From: Cytophagales bacterium
GTDB taxonomy: Bacteria; Bacteroidota; Bacteroidia; Cytophagales; UBA9547
Length of the DNA: 64,000 nucleotides
Assembly: GCA_013297755.1 (NCBI GenBank)
Contig: JAAFIH010000001.1
Location: forward strand, 140,303 to 204,302
Direction of reading: 5' to 3'
The position numbers were made by a program, and so were the translations under genes. Positions 19,881 to 31,427 of this stretch are shown here, piece after piece (position 1 is the stretch's first letter; each line of letters opens with the position of its first letter). A model generated the notes under the pieces. It was not told the DNA's origin and ran no database searches. It saw only the letters and a list, made by a program, of their open reading frames with translations.

Positions 19881-19906
19881 AAAGGTGTACTTTAAAGTAC
19901 ACCTTT
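19881..19906 (-). terminator. hairpin after susD-like gene
   Basis: The perfect palindrome aaaggtgtacttt/aaagtacaccttt, flanked by A/T runs, lies 20 bp downstream of the stop. Confidence 0.5.
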
Positions 19907-19925
19907 AAAAAAATATAATATATGT

Positions 19926-21833
19926 TTAATACCCTGGATTTTGTGTTAGCGTACCTCTACTCAAATCTATCTCTCTTTGGGGTAATGGACATAAACGATG
20001 GATAGCAGGATTATAGGCTTTTTTATCAGAATCTAATTTACTTTTAAAAACAACCTCGGCAGCTCCTGGATGGTTAGGATCTAATGACTGCCATCTTTGC
20101 ATATCCATAAATCTATGGTATTCAAAAGCTAATTCAACTCTACGTTCATAAACTAATGCTTCTCTGATAGCACTTTTATCGGTACCACGACCTCTATAAT
20201 CATAAAAATCAGCAAATTCAGAGTAAGTGAAATAGGGAAAATCTCCAACAATGGGTTCTTCAAATTCATTCTTATCGCTTGGGAATGTAACTTCTGAAGT
20301 GCCAGGAAAGCCATCGTAAGCTGATATTACAGAAAGTCTTATTGGTCCATGACCAGCCAGAAATTTAGTGGTATCTTTAGGATCTTTTTTGCCATCAAAC
20401 AATATTCCTCTAAATGATTCATCGATAGGTAATTGTTTAATTATCCTAGCAGCCATATACTTAGTAGCAAGGCCTCTTGCTCTTTGTCTAACTCTATTGA
20501 GTTTAGCCACTGCTTCTGTAGGATCTCCTGTTTCATTGGCAGCTTCTGCATACATAAGCAAAACATCCGAAAAGCGAATCATCCTATAGTTGTTTGTACT
20601 AAATACCCCACCTAATCCACCTGCACCATAGTTGTCTACTCCTTTTTTTACATTAAAATACTTTCCTAACTCATTTCCATTTTCCATTACCCCTTTTGCA
20701 AAATTAGGTGTATATGTCAGACCGCTAATTTTAGTAATTCCATCATTTCCAACTATGGTAAAATCATCATCCCAAGCAAAACGTAATGATTGCCTTACTC
20801 TTGGGTCTCCTATTTCGGCTTTGGCTACCCAATCCTGAGTAGCTACTAACTCGCTATAACCAGTAGATCCGCCAACTCTTGAGCCAAATAACAAATCGCG
20901 GGCTGAGTTTTCGCCTGCTATACCACCGTCATGAAAAAAACCATTAGAACCAAATTTAGCATAACTAATTTCAAAAACTGATTCTTTATTGTACTCATTA
21001 TCAGCACTAAAAATTGAAGCCCAATTTCCTTGAATTAATGCAAAAGGACCATTATCAATCACATCTTTTAAAATTTGCTTAGTAGCTAAAAAATCTTCAT
21101 TTCTGTTGTCAGGCAAATGACAAGCTCTATGCAAATATATTTTCCCTAAGAGTGCTTTGGCTGCCCAAGAGGTTGCTCTACCAACATTATTTCCTTCCCA
21201 CTTAGCAGGCAATTTAGCTATGGCAAGATTCAAATCATCAATGGCTTGTTTAAATACTTTGGCTCTTGAATCTCTTTTGGTAAACATTATGCCAGGAAAT
21301 TCAGCAGACTCTGGTGTTTCAAGCAAAATAGGTGCATCACCATAAAATATAGCTAAGTTGAAGTAATGTAACCCTCGCATAAAGTAGGCTTCTCCAAGCA
21401 TAGCATCCCTTGATTTTTCGTCTAAGAAAGGAATGGCAGGTTTTTTGTCCCTTCTGTTTTTAGATACTTTTTCTAATAACAAGTTTGTTCTGTACACACC
21501 TTCATAAATAAACTGCCACAACCTATAAAAATTATTCGCATTAGGGTCAGGATTAGTATAAATAGATTGCCAGTTCAGATTATCTAAATCATTAGAGTTT
21601 GACAATTTACTTGTGATGTCATCACTTGCATATTCAGTAATTTGAAAATAATTACTGCCATAATAATTGAGGTTTTGTAAATTGGAGTAACAAGCCATAA
21701 CAGCTGCAAATGCGTGATCTTCGGTTTTGTAGAAATTTTCTGCATTAATTTCATTGATGGGTTTAAGATCAATATAATTTGAACATCCAAAACAAATTGA
21801 AACAATAAATAAAGTTGCTATATACTTTTTCAT
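19926..21833 (-). CDS. susD: SusD/RagB family nutrient-binding outer-membrane lipoprotein
   Basis: Lipobox ICFGCS; SusD-like TPR core (RGLHYFNLAIFYGDAP, NRVRQRA, RRVELAFEYHRFMDMQRW). It sits directly downstream of the SusC-like gene. Confidence 0.9.
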   Translation of the reverse strand: MKKYIATLFIVSICFGCSNYIDLKPINEINAENFYKTEDHAFAAVMACYSNLQNLNYYGSNYFQITEYASDDITSKLSNSNDLDNLNWQSIYTNPDPNANNFYRLWQFIYEGVYRTNLLLEKVSKNRRDKKPAIPFLDEKSRDAMLGEAYFMRGLHYFNLAIFYGDAPILLETPESAEFPGIMFTKRDSRAKVFKQAIDDLNLAIAKLPAKWEGNNVGRATSWAAKALLGKIYLHRACHLPDNRNEDFLATKQILKDVIDNGPFALIQGNWASIFSADNEYNKESVFEISYAKFGSNGFFHDGGIAGENSARDLLFGSRVGGSTGYSELVATQDWVAKAEIGDPRVRQSLRFAWDDDFTIVGNDGITKISGLTYTPNFAKGVMENGNELGKYFNVKKGVDNYGAGGLGGVFSTNNYRMIRFSDVLLMYAEAANETGDPTEAVAKLNRVRQRARGLATKYMAARIIKQLPIDESFRGILFDGKKDPKDTTKFLAGHGPIRLSVISAYDGFPGTSEVTFPSDKNEFEEPIVGDFPYFTYSEFADFYDYRGRGTDKSAIREALVYERRVELAFEYHRFMDMQRWQSLDPNHPGAAEVVFKSKLDSDKKAYNPAIHRLCPLPQREIDLSRGTLTQNPGY

Positions 21834-21863
21834 AAGAATTTAATATTTAATGAATGAATAATT

Positions 21864-24800
21864 TTAGAATGAAAACTGAAGACCTGCCGAATATGTACGT
21901 GCTTGAGGGTAAGAACCCTCATCGAAACCTGCTACCTGAGATGAAATCACTCGTCTACCATTAGAGTCTCTACCAAAATTGGCCAACTCAGGATCAAATC
22001 CTAAATAAGGGGTTATGGTAAGTAGATTTTGTGCTTGAATGTAAAATCTCATAGAAATGGCATCTTCAGATTTAAAAACTTTTTTAAGGAATTTTTCTGG
22101 TAAACTATACCCAAGCTGTACATTTTTTATACGCATAAATGAACCATCTTCAACCCAACGCGATGATATTCTGGTATTTTGAGCTGGGTCATTGGTGTAC
22201 GCCAAAGGCATATTTGTTGGATTGGTTCTTGTAGAACGATTTACAACTGATTCTAGTTGGTTGGCATCTTGTGGGCCACCGCCATTTTTCATACCTTCCA
22301 AATCACTTCTTTGCTTGTTATAAATTTTTTGTCCAACAGAACCCTGAACAAATAATTTAAAATCAAACCCCTTGTAAGAAGCATCAAAAGAAAAACCAAA
22401 AGTCATCCAAGGAATAGGACTTCCAATATTTACCCTATCCTTTTCACTAATTATACCATCGCCATTTACATCTTTAAACTTAGCATCGCCCACACCTTTT
22501 CTTTTATTTGAAATATCAGCCAAAATGCTACCAGACACCGTTTTGTTACCCACATAGCTATCAGCTTCTTGTTTGGTTTGAATGACACCATCATATACAT
22601 ATCCTCTAAAATAAGACACTGGCTCACCCACTTCTACATTAGAAACGCCATTTCCATCTATAATTGGCCCTCCTGGTTTGTCTGTAGATAGTGATGTAAC
22701 TTTATTTGAAAGAAAAGAAACATTTGGACCAAGGGAATACTTAAATTCTTTATTTTCACTTCTATATAAAACTGAAAGTTCAAGGCCTTTGTTGGATATA
22801 GAACCTATGTTAGTAAAATATTGCACCCTTTCAAGGAAAGGAGCATCTGTTGCACCACTAAGTGCAGGTACAGATACAGGCACAAGCATATCGACCGAAT
22901 TCTTAATATAGGCATCAATATTTATCAAAATTTTGTTTTTCAATAAGCCTAAATCAATACCAGCATTGAATTGTTGTGCAGACTCCCATTTTAGGTTGGG
23001 ATTGGCTAAGCCACGTGTGGGAGCCTGTCCTTGATAGATGTTATTACCCAATGGATAGCGAATAATATCAGGATTGATCAGTTGTAAATATCTAAAGTTA
23101 CCAATTTCTTGATTCCCGGTCAATCCCCAACCTACCCTAACTTTTAGTTCAGATACTACTTTTACATTTTCCATAAACTTCATGTTAGAAACCCTCCAAC
23201 CCAAAGAAATAGATGGGAAAACACCATATCTATAGTTTGGGCCAAATCGAGACGAACCATCATATCGAGCATTGATTGTAGCCATATAGGTGTTTTTATA
23301 AGCATAATTTACTCTACCTAAATAACCATACAATCCATTTTCTAATGTTCTGCCACTTATAACATATCCGCTAGATCTGTCTGTTTGTATATTAGAACCA
23401 ATAGCATAAATGCCTTCTGGAAAATCAAATGCTGATGCTTGCAAATTTGTAGACCTAAAATATTGAGCATCCATACCTACAGTAACCCCAATATCATGTT
23501 CGCCAATGGTTCTGTTATACATCAACAAATGATTGACAACATTTGAAAAATTAGTTCTTTCTTCATTACTAACTTCAGTTCTTGGATAACGAATGGCAGT
23601 AAGCCCTGCTTCAAATTTATCTCTTATATCCACTGAAGTTTCTTTAAAAATATCTACTCCAAAGTTTGCTCTATATTTTAAACCCTTGAGAGCAACTACA
23701 CCAATAGCTTGAGAAATGTCGAACTCTGCATACACATTACCAAAAATTCTAAATTTTTCCTTTGTTGATCTGATAAAAGTATTGGCAGCTACAGGATTTC
23801 TCATATCATTAAGTCCAGTAATAGTCCTATTTTCTTGATTAAAACGACCAAAAGCATTGGGTTGGTCAATTAAAGGGAGTGATGGATCGTAAACTTTGTT
23901 GTAAGGAGTGAGCGAATTAGCAGAAGTATATTCAGTATTAAAAACGGGTAATAAAGGATTTCCTGTTAGGGCATTTTCGGCAAATTCAATTCCTTTTTTG
24001 CTTGTTTCTCTTGAAAAAGATATTGCTTCTCCAATTTTGAGCCATTTTTTTGGTGTAATATCTGAGTTTACTCTAAAAGAGTACCTGTCATAGCCATTTC
24101 CTTTTTGTGTGCCTTGCTGGTTATAATATCCAATACCTAAAGCATAATTGGCATTGGCGTTGCCACCAGAAGCTCTTATATTGTAATTTTGTATAGATCC
24201 TGTTTGTAATAATTGGTCGAGCCAGTTTGTATTAGCTTGTTTAGCTAGTGTAGATTGATCGGTAGTTATATATGCATTGTTTACAACAGATGCAGAATCA
24301 CCTGAATTTGTATTTACATCTTTCATATATGCTTTGTATTGAGTAGCATCTAATACGTCTAGTTTTCTCCATACATTTTGCACACCTGCCATTGCATCGA
24401 ATTCGATACGACCTTTCCCATCTTTACCCCTTTTGGTGGTTATAATAACAACACCATTTGAGCCACGAGATCCATAAATAGCAGTAGCAGCAGCATCTTT
24501 CAACACCTCCATACTTTCAACATCAGCAGGATTGAAAGCAGAAACATTACCTTCAGACACATCTAAAGGAACACCATCAACTACATATAGAGGTTGAGAA
24601 CCATTGATAGAGCCATTACCACGAATGTTTACGGAAGAAGCAGCTCCAGGTGCACCCGAAGTTTGTGTAACCTGAACCCCAGTAGCTCTACCTTGAAGGG
24701 CTGAAGCTACGTCAATATTTATAGTTCTAGCAATATCTTTTGCACCAACATTAACATTTGAACTTGTAACTTGACTTCTTTTCATTTCGCCATATCCCAC

Positions 24801-25172
24801 AACAGCAGTTTCGGTAAGCATGATAGCATCTGAAGACATACTTATAGTGAAATCTGATTTGCTACCATCTACATCAAAGATTTCATTCTTAAAACCAAAA
24901 AAAGAAACTGAAATTTTTGAGGGTACTGGCACATCTTTGATAAGGAAATTTCCCTCGAAATCGGTTTGAGTACCTCTGGTTGTACCTACAACAACCACAG
25001 TTGCTCCAATGATACCATCGCCTTTTCTAACATCTAATGCTTTATCATCAACACCTGATACAATTTTACCTTTTACATCAATGGTTTTTGTAGAAGTCGT
25101 TTCTTGTGCAAATGCTAAACTGGCACAGAAAAGAAGGAGAATTTTTAGTTTTGAATAAAAATTTAATTTCAT
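21864..25172 (-). CDS. susC: SusC/RagA family TonB-linked outer-membrane protein
   Basis: The signal peptide ends FAQ. CarboxypepD_reg N-domain (GTQTDFEGNFLIKDVP), plug (VVGYGEMKR, AAATAIYGSRGSNGVVIITTKRG), and a terminal ...AGLQFSF. Confidence 0.9.
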   Translation of the reverse strand: MKLNFYSKLKILLLFCASLAFAQETTSTKTIDVKGKIVSGVDDKALDVRKGDGIIGATVVVVGTTRGTQTDFEGNFLIKDVPVPSKISVSFFGFKNEIFDVDGSKSDFTISMSSDAIMLTETAVVGYGEMKRSQVTSSNVNVGAKDIARTINIDVASALQGRATGVQVTQTSGAPGAASSVNIRGNGSINGSQPLYVVDGVPLDVSEGNVSAFNPADVESMEVLKDAAATAIYGSRGSNGVVIITTKRGKDGKGRIEFDAMAGVQNVWRKLDVLDATQYKAYMKDVNTNSGDSASVVNNAYITTDQSTLAKQANTNWLDQLLQTGSIQNYNIRASGGNANANYALGIGYYNQQGTQKGNGYDRYSFRVNSDITPKKWLKIGEAISFSRETSKKGIEFAENALTGNPLLPVFNTEYTSANSLTPYNKVYDPSLPLIDQPNAFGRFNQENRTITGLNDMRNPVAANTFIRSTKEKFRIFGNVYAEFDISQAIGVVALKGLKYRANFGVDIFKETSVDIRDKFEAGLTAIRYPRTEVSNEERTNFSNVVNHLLMYNRTIGEHDIGVTVGMDAQYFRSTNLQASAFDFPEGIYAIGSNIQTDRSSGYVISGRTLENGLYGYLGRVNYAYKNTYMATINARYDGSSRFGPNYRYGVFPSISLGWRVSNMKFMENVKVVSELKVRVGWGLTGNQEIGNFRYLQLINPDIIRYPLGNNIYQGQAPTRGLANPNLKWESAQQFNAGIDLGLLKNKILINIDAYIKNSVDMLVPVSVPALSGATDAPFLERVQYFTNIGSISNKGLELSVLYRSENKEFKYSLGPNVSFLSNKVTSLSTDKPGGPIIDGNGVSNVEVGEPVSYFRGYVYDGVIQTKQEADSYVGNKTVSGSILADISNKRKGVGDAKFKDVNGDGIISEKDRVNIGSPIPWMTFGFSFDASYKGFDFKLFVQGSVGQKIYNKQRSDLEGMKNGGGPQDANQLESVVNRSTRTNPTNMPLAYTNDPAQNTRISSRWVEDGSFMRIKNVQLGYSLPEKFLKKVFKSEDAISMRFYIQAQNLLTITPYLGFDPELANFGRDSNGRRVISSQVAGFDEGSYPQARTYSAGLQFSF

Positions 25173-25302
25173 ACGTATTAAAGTTAGATTAAAATATTTA
25201 AGAGTACAAAAATGTGATATTTTTTATTAAAAAAATAACATTTATCTATTTTTTTTTGATTAAAAATTAAAAAAAAACCAATATAAAATCATTATAAATA
25301 AC

Positions 25303-25338
25303 AAAAGGTTGCTACAATTAAAATTGTAGCAACCTTTT
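25303..25338 (-). terminator. intrinsic terminator after the 1241-aa T9SS cargo gene
   Basis: aaaaggttgctacaatt-aaa-attgtagcaacctttt: a perfect long stem 20 bp downstream of the stop. Confidence 0.65.
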
Positions 25339-25357
25339 GTAACGTAATTGAAAAATA

Positions 25358-28300
25358 CTATTTAGTAATAACTATTTTTCGTGTTGTTGTACCCAAGTTA
25401 GAATTTAGTTTAGCATAATATAAACCAGATTCAAGATTAATTGTAAACTTTTCTGAAATATTAGTAACAGGTGTTGTAAAAACTACTTGACCTTGAGCAG
25501 AATAAACAACAATATTTCCAATAATTCCACTTTGCAAATGAACAACACCAGTTGAAGGAACAGGAGATACTTTGAAAGGTAAGCTAACATTATTAATTGA
25601 TTTATTAACTGATGTACTTGTACAAGGCGAACCATCTTCGTTGTTTTGTCCACTGATGTTGAATGTTTTGGTAAAAGTAAAGTTTGGATCGTCAAACATA
25701 GTACCAACTACAGTTACCATACCTTCGCTTTTGCAACCTAAGGCTTGTACTGAAAATGAAAGTGGAGATTCTTGAATAAGGCTTAGTTCTTGCGTAGGAG
25801 TAGATTTGATAACATCCCATTTGAATCTGCTACCACTTTGAATAGAGGGTATAAGTGAAACATTAAATTTCATCATATCTAACCAAGAAGTAATGTTTTT
25901 GCCACCGTTTTCTATACTTGCATAATCAACATCAAAGCTAGTTGGTTTTCTAAAATTTGCATACCCAATAGCTAGAGGCTTTTTATTGATTGTAGTTCCA
26001 GCAAAAGTTATCAGAACCATACCATATTTGGGTATTGTAACCATCATCTTATTTGAAACAACAATATTTGTTGAATCTAAGTTAAATATTTTAGACCCAG
26101 GACTAGGAGAAGAAGTAACATATTTTTTACCATTTACTTGTGATGGTAATATATTTGAAGGTATTTCAAGTTCTACTTCAAAATCGTTATCAAAATCACG
26201 ACTAATCATAACAACAACATAATTTCCATCTTTGTGGTAAGCATTTATTGAAGCTGGTTTTGTATTAATTACTGTACCTTTAGAATTTGTAATTTTTTCA
26301 ATTGAAGCAGTTTTTACATCAAGGACGTTAGATTTAATAAATCTATTCAAAAAAGTCATAAAATAGTGCCTTGGCATTTTAACACCTAGTTCAGTGAAAC
26401 CCCATTGGCTGTCTCCTAGAGCAAACAAACAAGGGAATGTCATGCCATAAGAAAATGATGACAAGTAATAATCCATAGCTACTAGAGCCTGACCATATCT
26501 TTTGTTATAAGAGGTAGTCGAAAAATCAGCTTCATATAGTAATGTAGGTCTCATTCTTTGGGCCTTTGCGGCACCTTGAGGAATTTGAGCTCTTGGAGCT
26601 AAATCTAGAATCATAGTTGATAAAAGCCCATCTAAATTTTTAGAAAACCTTTCGATTCCATTTTTAAAATAATCTATTTCAGATCTGCCAAAATCTACCC
26701 CTTTTACTAAATCCATGTTGCCACCCAAATAACCACCCAAGGTAAGCCCATCTACAACATCAGATTTGTTTGTTCCTAGCAAATCTTGGTGTAAGCTACC
26801 ACTTTCAACGAGTTGTGGCTCACGACCAGAGTAATAGATTTTAATTTTAGTAGAATCAAATCCTGGCACAGCTTTTGCAGCAGTTGCCAAACTTCTTGCC
26901 CATTCGCCATATACTTTATAATTATCAAAGTTATCGGCTCTGTGATCACCCTGTCCACCAAAATTAGTACCCCCCCAAGGTTCGCAGCCTAGTTCTATGT
27001 AAATACCTTTTAATTTAGGATTTAAAACAGGCGGAACAGTAATTCCCTCTTCAAGTCTTTTTCTTACACCTGCATTATAGTCAGCATCGCCACCAGGAAT
27101 AACTGCAGTTCCTTGCAAATAACCAATAAACTTGCGCATGGTAGCTTCTGGGGCAATACGCCAATCAGTAGCAGGACCATCAAAACCTGAGCTATTATCA
27201 GTTCCAATAGATATTTCAGCGAAGGCATCTACGCTAGATGCAAAATTGATAAATTCAGCATAAGAAGCAGACTCAGGAGTGTTTTTTACTCCAGCACCTG
27301 ATTTTGAATCAAATGAATGTGCATTGGCATTTAAGGTACCCCACCTAAGCATAGAAGGTTTTAGTTCTTTTACAATATTTAATACATTACCTACATATTC
27401 ATTTCTATTAAATGCAGGACCATTTAAACCCAAGCCTTCTGATCTACCAATATAATCTGTTGTTAAAAGTGCAGACATTTTTTTTGCATCTGGTGAGGGT
27501 ATAGCAGCATTGAAACCAAGAGAAGTAAATGTTTGAACGCTACTTGCTACTGATTCATTTCCACTACCATCTACTGCTTTTACTATATAGGTATTGATAG
27601 ACCTTGGAGCAAGTATTTTTAGCGTTGTAATTGTATTGTTGATAGAAGTTGTTGTAGTGTTGAGTGGTATAGAACTTCCATTCAAATATACATTATATCC
27701 AAAAATATCATTTAGATTATCAGAGGCACCCGACCATGAAACTCTAGCACTAACATCGCCAAGTTGCACCATTGTAAAATTAGTTGGTGGAGTTGGTGCA
27801 TTCATATCAAAACCAGATGTTGTAACACCTATAATATTGCTAGGTAGAGATTCGTTGCCTGCCATATCTATAGCTGTATAAAAAGTAGTATAAGGGGTGT
27901 TGCCTGATAAGTTTTGTATAGTGTAAACAGTGTCTCTTTCATTGATTGTACTATGTATCAGAACACCATCTAAGTATATATTATATGATTTTACTCCAGA
28001 GTTTGTTAGTTCATCTGGGTCTGTAGATTTGTTCCATTTAAGACTGATACTATTATTATTTCTACGATATAAGATAAGATTATTTTTCAATAATGGTTTT
28101 TTGTAATCACTATAAGTTCTCAACATTTTACCCTCCATTAATTGCATATTTATTCCACGAACAGTTGGAGTATAATATCCTACATTGTATTGATAGTCAT
28201 TAAAACCAACACTAGTGTTTAAGTCTAAAAGAATACTATCTTTTGCTGGTGCAGATGTACCAACATAACCATACCAAACACTAAAATCAACATTATCATA

Positions 28301-29083
28301 ATTGTGAGAAGAAGCCATAAAACCATAAGTTGCACCTCCCAACAATGTTGTTACAAAAGAAGATTTTTCATCTCTTCTTTTATTAATTTCTTTTCTTGAA
28401 GAGTTTTTTACAAAGTCAGGAGAAATTACTAAACCAGTATATAACTCAAACAATATACCCTGGCCAGATTTGGCTTCAAAAAGGTAATACCCAGTAACAG
28501 TTGGTGTAAAGTAACCTCTTATTCTTTGTTTAATACCAATGGCATATTTTGGTGGAGAAGGAGGGTTTTGAGACAAACCAATACCTTTGTAAGGACCGTT
28601 TTCATCATCAACAAAAGTATTCCTTGATGTTGGTAATATTAACTCTTTAAGAGGATTATCATTTTGATTGGGAATGTTATGATCCCAAAATGCTATGTTA
28701 TATATACCAAGTATGCAACCCATTTGATAAAAATCGCCTACTGTTACAGAAAATTGCTTAACAGTGGGAGCACCACCATCTGATACTGCAACTGATAATG
28801 TAACAGTACCTGCAACACCAAATTCTTTTATATTAATAATAGCAACTTTTTGAGGTGAGGTATAATTGATAGATGTTACACTCAAAATGCTATTGTTAGA
28901 CGAATTAGCTGTTACTAGAATAGGGTCGTTGCCAGTAATTCCATTGACAATAATATACCCATCGCCAGAGCCTTGGTAGATTTTATCGTTGGTAATAGTA
29001 CCAAGATCTGCAACTGCAAACGTGGAGAAAGCACTGATGCAAGCAAAAACTAGCATGAGTAATTTGGTTTTTATTCTGTTCAT
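25358..29083 (-). CDS. T9SS-secreted multidomain protein: PA14-like, 2 Fn3, clan-A-like glycoside-hydrolase TIM barrel (putative), CTD
   Basis: Start set at MNRIKTKLLML (ATG at 29083) with a signal peptide. PA14-like GYFTPTVTGYYLFEAKSG. Fn3-like SLKWNKS...YNIYLDG and ARVSWSG...YNVYLNG. ELGCEPWG resembles the ELGNEP acid/base motif. CTD at the C-terminus (VVHLQSG...GLYYAKL...KIVITK). Confidence 0.65.
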   Translation of the reverse strand: MNRIKTKLLMLVFACISAFSTFAVADLGTITNDKIYQGSGDGYIIVNGITGNDPILVTANSSNNSILSVTSINYTSPQKVAIINIKEFGVAGTVTLSVAVSDGGAPTVKQFSVTVGDFYQMGCILGIYNIAFWDHNIPNQNDNPLKELILPTSRNTFVDDENGPYKGIGLSQNPPSPPKYAIGIKQRIRGYFTPTVTGYYLFEAKSGQGILFELYTGLVISPDFVKNSSRKEINKRRDEKSSFVTTLLGGATYGFMASSHNYDNVDFSVWYGYVGTSAPAKDSILLDLNTSVGFNDYQYNVGYYTPTVRGINMQLMEGKMLRTYSDYKKPLLKNNLILYRRNNNSISLKWNKSTDPDELTNSGVKSYNIYLDGVLIHSTINERDTVYTIQNLSGNTPYTTFYTAIDMAGNESLPSNIIGVTTSGFDMNAPTPPTNFTMVQLGDVSARVSWSGASDNLNDIFGYNVYLNGSSIPLNTTTTSINNTITTLKILAPRSINTYIVKAVDGSGNESVASSVQTFTSLGFNAAIPSPDAKKMSALLTTDYIGRSEGLGLNGPAFNRNEYVGNVLNIVKELKPSMLRWGTLNANAHSFDSKSGAGVKNTPESASYAEFINFASSVDAFAEISIGTDNSSGFDGPATDWRIAPEATMRKFIGYLQGTAVIPGGDADYNAGVRKRLEEGITVPPVLNPKLKGIYIELGCEPWGGTNFGGQGDHRADNFDNYKVYGEWARSLATAAKAVPGFDSTKIKIYYSGREPQLVESGSLHQDLLGTNKSDVVDGLTLGGYLGGNMDLVKGVDFGRSEIDYFKNGIERFSKNLDGLLSTMILDLAPRAQIPQGAAKAQRMRPTLLYEADFSTTSYNKRYGQALVAMDYYLSSFSYGMTFPCLFALGDSQWGFTELGVKMPRHYFMTFLNRFIKSNVLDVKTASIEKITNSKGTVINTKPASINAYHKDGNYVVVMISRDFDNDFEVELEIPSNILPSQVNGKKYVTSSPSPGSKIFNLDSTNIVVSNKMMVTIPKYGMVLITFAGTTINKKPLAIGYANFRKPTSFDVDYASIENGGKNITSWLDMMKFNVSLIPSIQSGSRFKWDVIKSTPTQELSLIQESPLSFSVQALGCKSEGMVTVVGTMFDDPNFTFTKTFNISGQNNEDGSPCTSTSVNKSINNVSLPFKVSPVPSTGVVHLQSGIIGNIVVYSAQGQVVFTTPVTNISEKFTINLESGLYYAKLNSNLGTTTRKIVITK

Positions 29084-29184
29084 TTTAACATATTTTAAGT
29101 TTAAGTACAAATTTATAACAAAATAATACAATAAACAAATAAATTGTTTATTATTTTGAAAATAATCGTTCAACAACTTAAAAC

Positions 29185-29215
29185 AAAAAAGCCCATTCTT
29201 ACAAATGGGCTTTTT
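29185..29215 (-). terminator. intrinsic terminator after gap
   Basis: aaaaaagcccatt-cttaca-aatgggcttttt, 21 bp downstream of the stop. Confidence 0.65.
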
Positions 29216-29235
29216 ATCAAATATTTATTAAAATA

Positions 29236-30285
<1,050 letters not shown>

Positions 30286-30539
30286 TTACTAATTGCAAAA
30301 ATAAAAGAAAATTACAAAATGTCTACAAATGATAAAAATATAATATTGAAAATTAAAAAAAAGATAGATTTTTGAGTTATTTGGGGTGGAAATTGATGCT
30401 AATAATAAAGGAAACTTATAAAAGTTATTTCAAGCACTAGCATTGCTTTATCTTTGATTATATTGTGTAAATAAATTAAAATATAATCAAATCAACAATA
30501 CATTTAAAATCAAAATTAATAGTAGTTGTTTTGATTTAT

Positions 30540-30962
30540 TTATTGATTTTTTGGGCTTAATATCCACTTTTTTATTCCCCCTATCAAAAATAAAAGACCA
30601 ATAAAAATGGCGATAAGTGAGTAAGTAAGCTCTAAAAATTGACTAGCATTTTGATATTGGATGTCAAATAAAATCTCGCCAATTCCTCGAATCAAATAAA
30701 CACCTGCAATAGCAAAAATAATTGGTTTCAAAAAAGGTAATTGCCGCCATTGGTTGTCTGCCGAAAGGCCATATAAACCAAAAATCAAAAATACAACAGA
30801 CACAAATATTGTTATAATAAAAGGCAATGAAGGGTAAATTTGTGCTAGTTGAGCCATTTCTTTGCCAATTCCTGTAATTTCAAACATTTGATTGGCCCAA
30901 AAAAGACCAATAATATGACCTATTGCTATTATAATGTTGATATATCCTCCAAATTTGAGCAT
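30540..30962 (-). CDS. hypothetical 4-TM membrane protein
   Basis: Hydrophobic helices only; no motif recognised. Confidence 0.4.
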   Translation of the reverse strand: MLKFGGYINIIIAIGHIIGLFWANQMFEITGIGKEMAQLAQIYPSLPFIITIFVSVVFLIFGLYGLSADNQWRQLPFLKPIIFAIAGVYLIRGIGEILFDIQYQNASQFLELTYSLIAIFIGLLFLIGGIKKWILSPKNQ

Positions 30963-30970
30963 AAGTAAAA

Positions 30971-31378
30971 TTAATTTGTTCCAAAATAAATAAGACTACC
31001 AATAATGAATAACAAAATCCATTGAGCAAGTTTTAAAAAATTTTTCGGAAATTGTTTGGACAACAAAATTACGAGAAGCCAAACGATAGCATATCCAAAA
31101 AAATAAATAGTCAGTATTTGTAATAAAGTTTTTTCGTTGTCAAAATAATCAGTAAAGTTAATTATAGACAGACCAATAGTTGCAAAAAGCAAATCAAAAG
31201 AAACCCAATGCCAACCACATCTAGCCATAGTCCATTTTTCTCTTTTTTGGTCATTTTCTAGGTAGCTATCTGTAGGTTCGTTTATTTTTAATTCTTTGTC
31301 GCCAACAAAAGTGTGAATAACGAAAGCTAAAAATGTTAAAAGACTGGCCATTAAAATTGATATATTCATGTCATACAT
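30971..31378 (-). CDS. hypothetical 4-TM membrane protein
   Basis: Hydrophobic helices only. Co-oriented 8 bp upstream of the previous gene. Confidence 0.4.
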   Translation of the reverse strand: MYDMNISILMASLLTFLAFVIHTFVGDKELKINEPTDSYLENDQKREKWTMARCGWHWVSFDLLFATIGLSIINFTDYFDNEKTLLQILTIYFFGYAIVWLLVILLSKQFPKNFLKLAQWILLFIIGSLIYFGTN

Positions 31379-31427
31379 TTTTGGTTTTTGTTATAAATTG
31401 ATAAAAAATTGTATAAAAAAATAAAAA

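Noticed and set aside
29084-29176. 31-codon extension upstream of MNRIKTKLLML in the 1272-aa ORF
   Set aside because: The signal peptide begins at the internal Met, and the extension lies in the AT-rich spacer next to the gap terminator. Similar 5' trimming was applied to the ORFs at 9052, 43517, 45569, 47878, 50511, 51995, 56553, 58947 and 61740.
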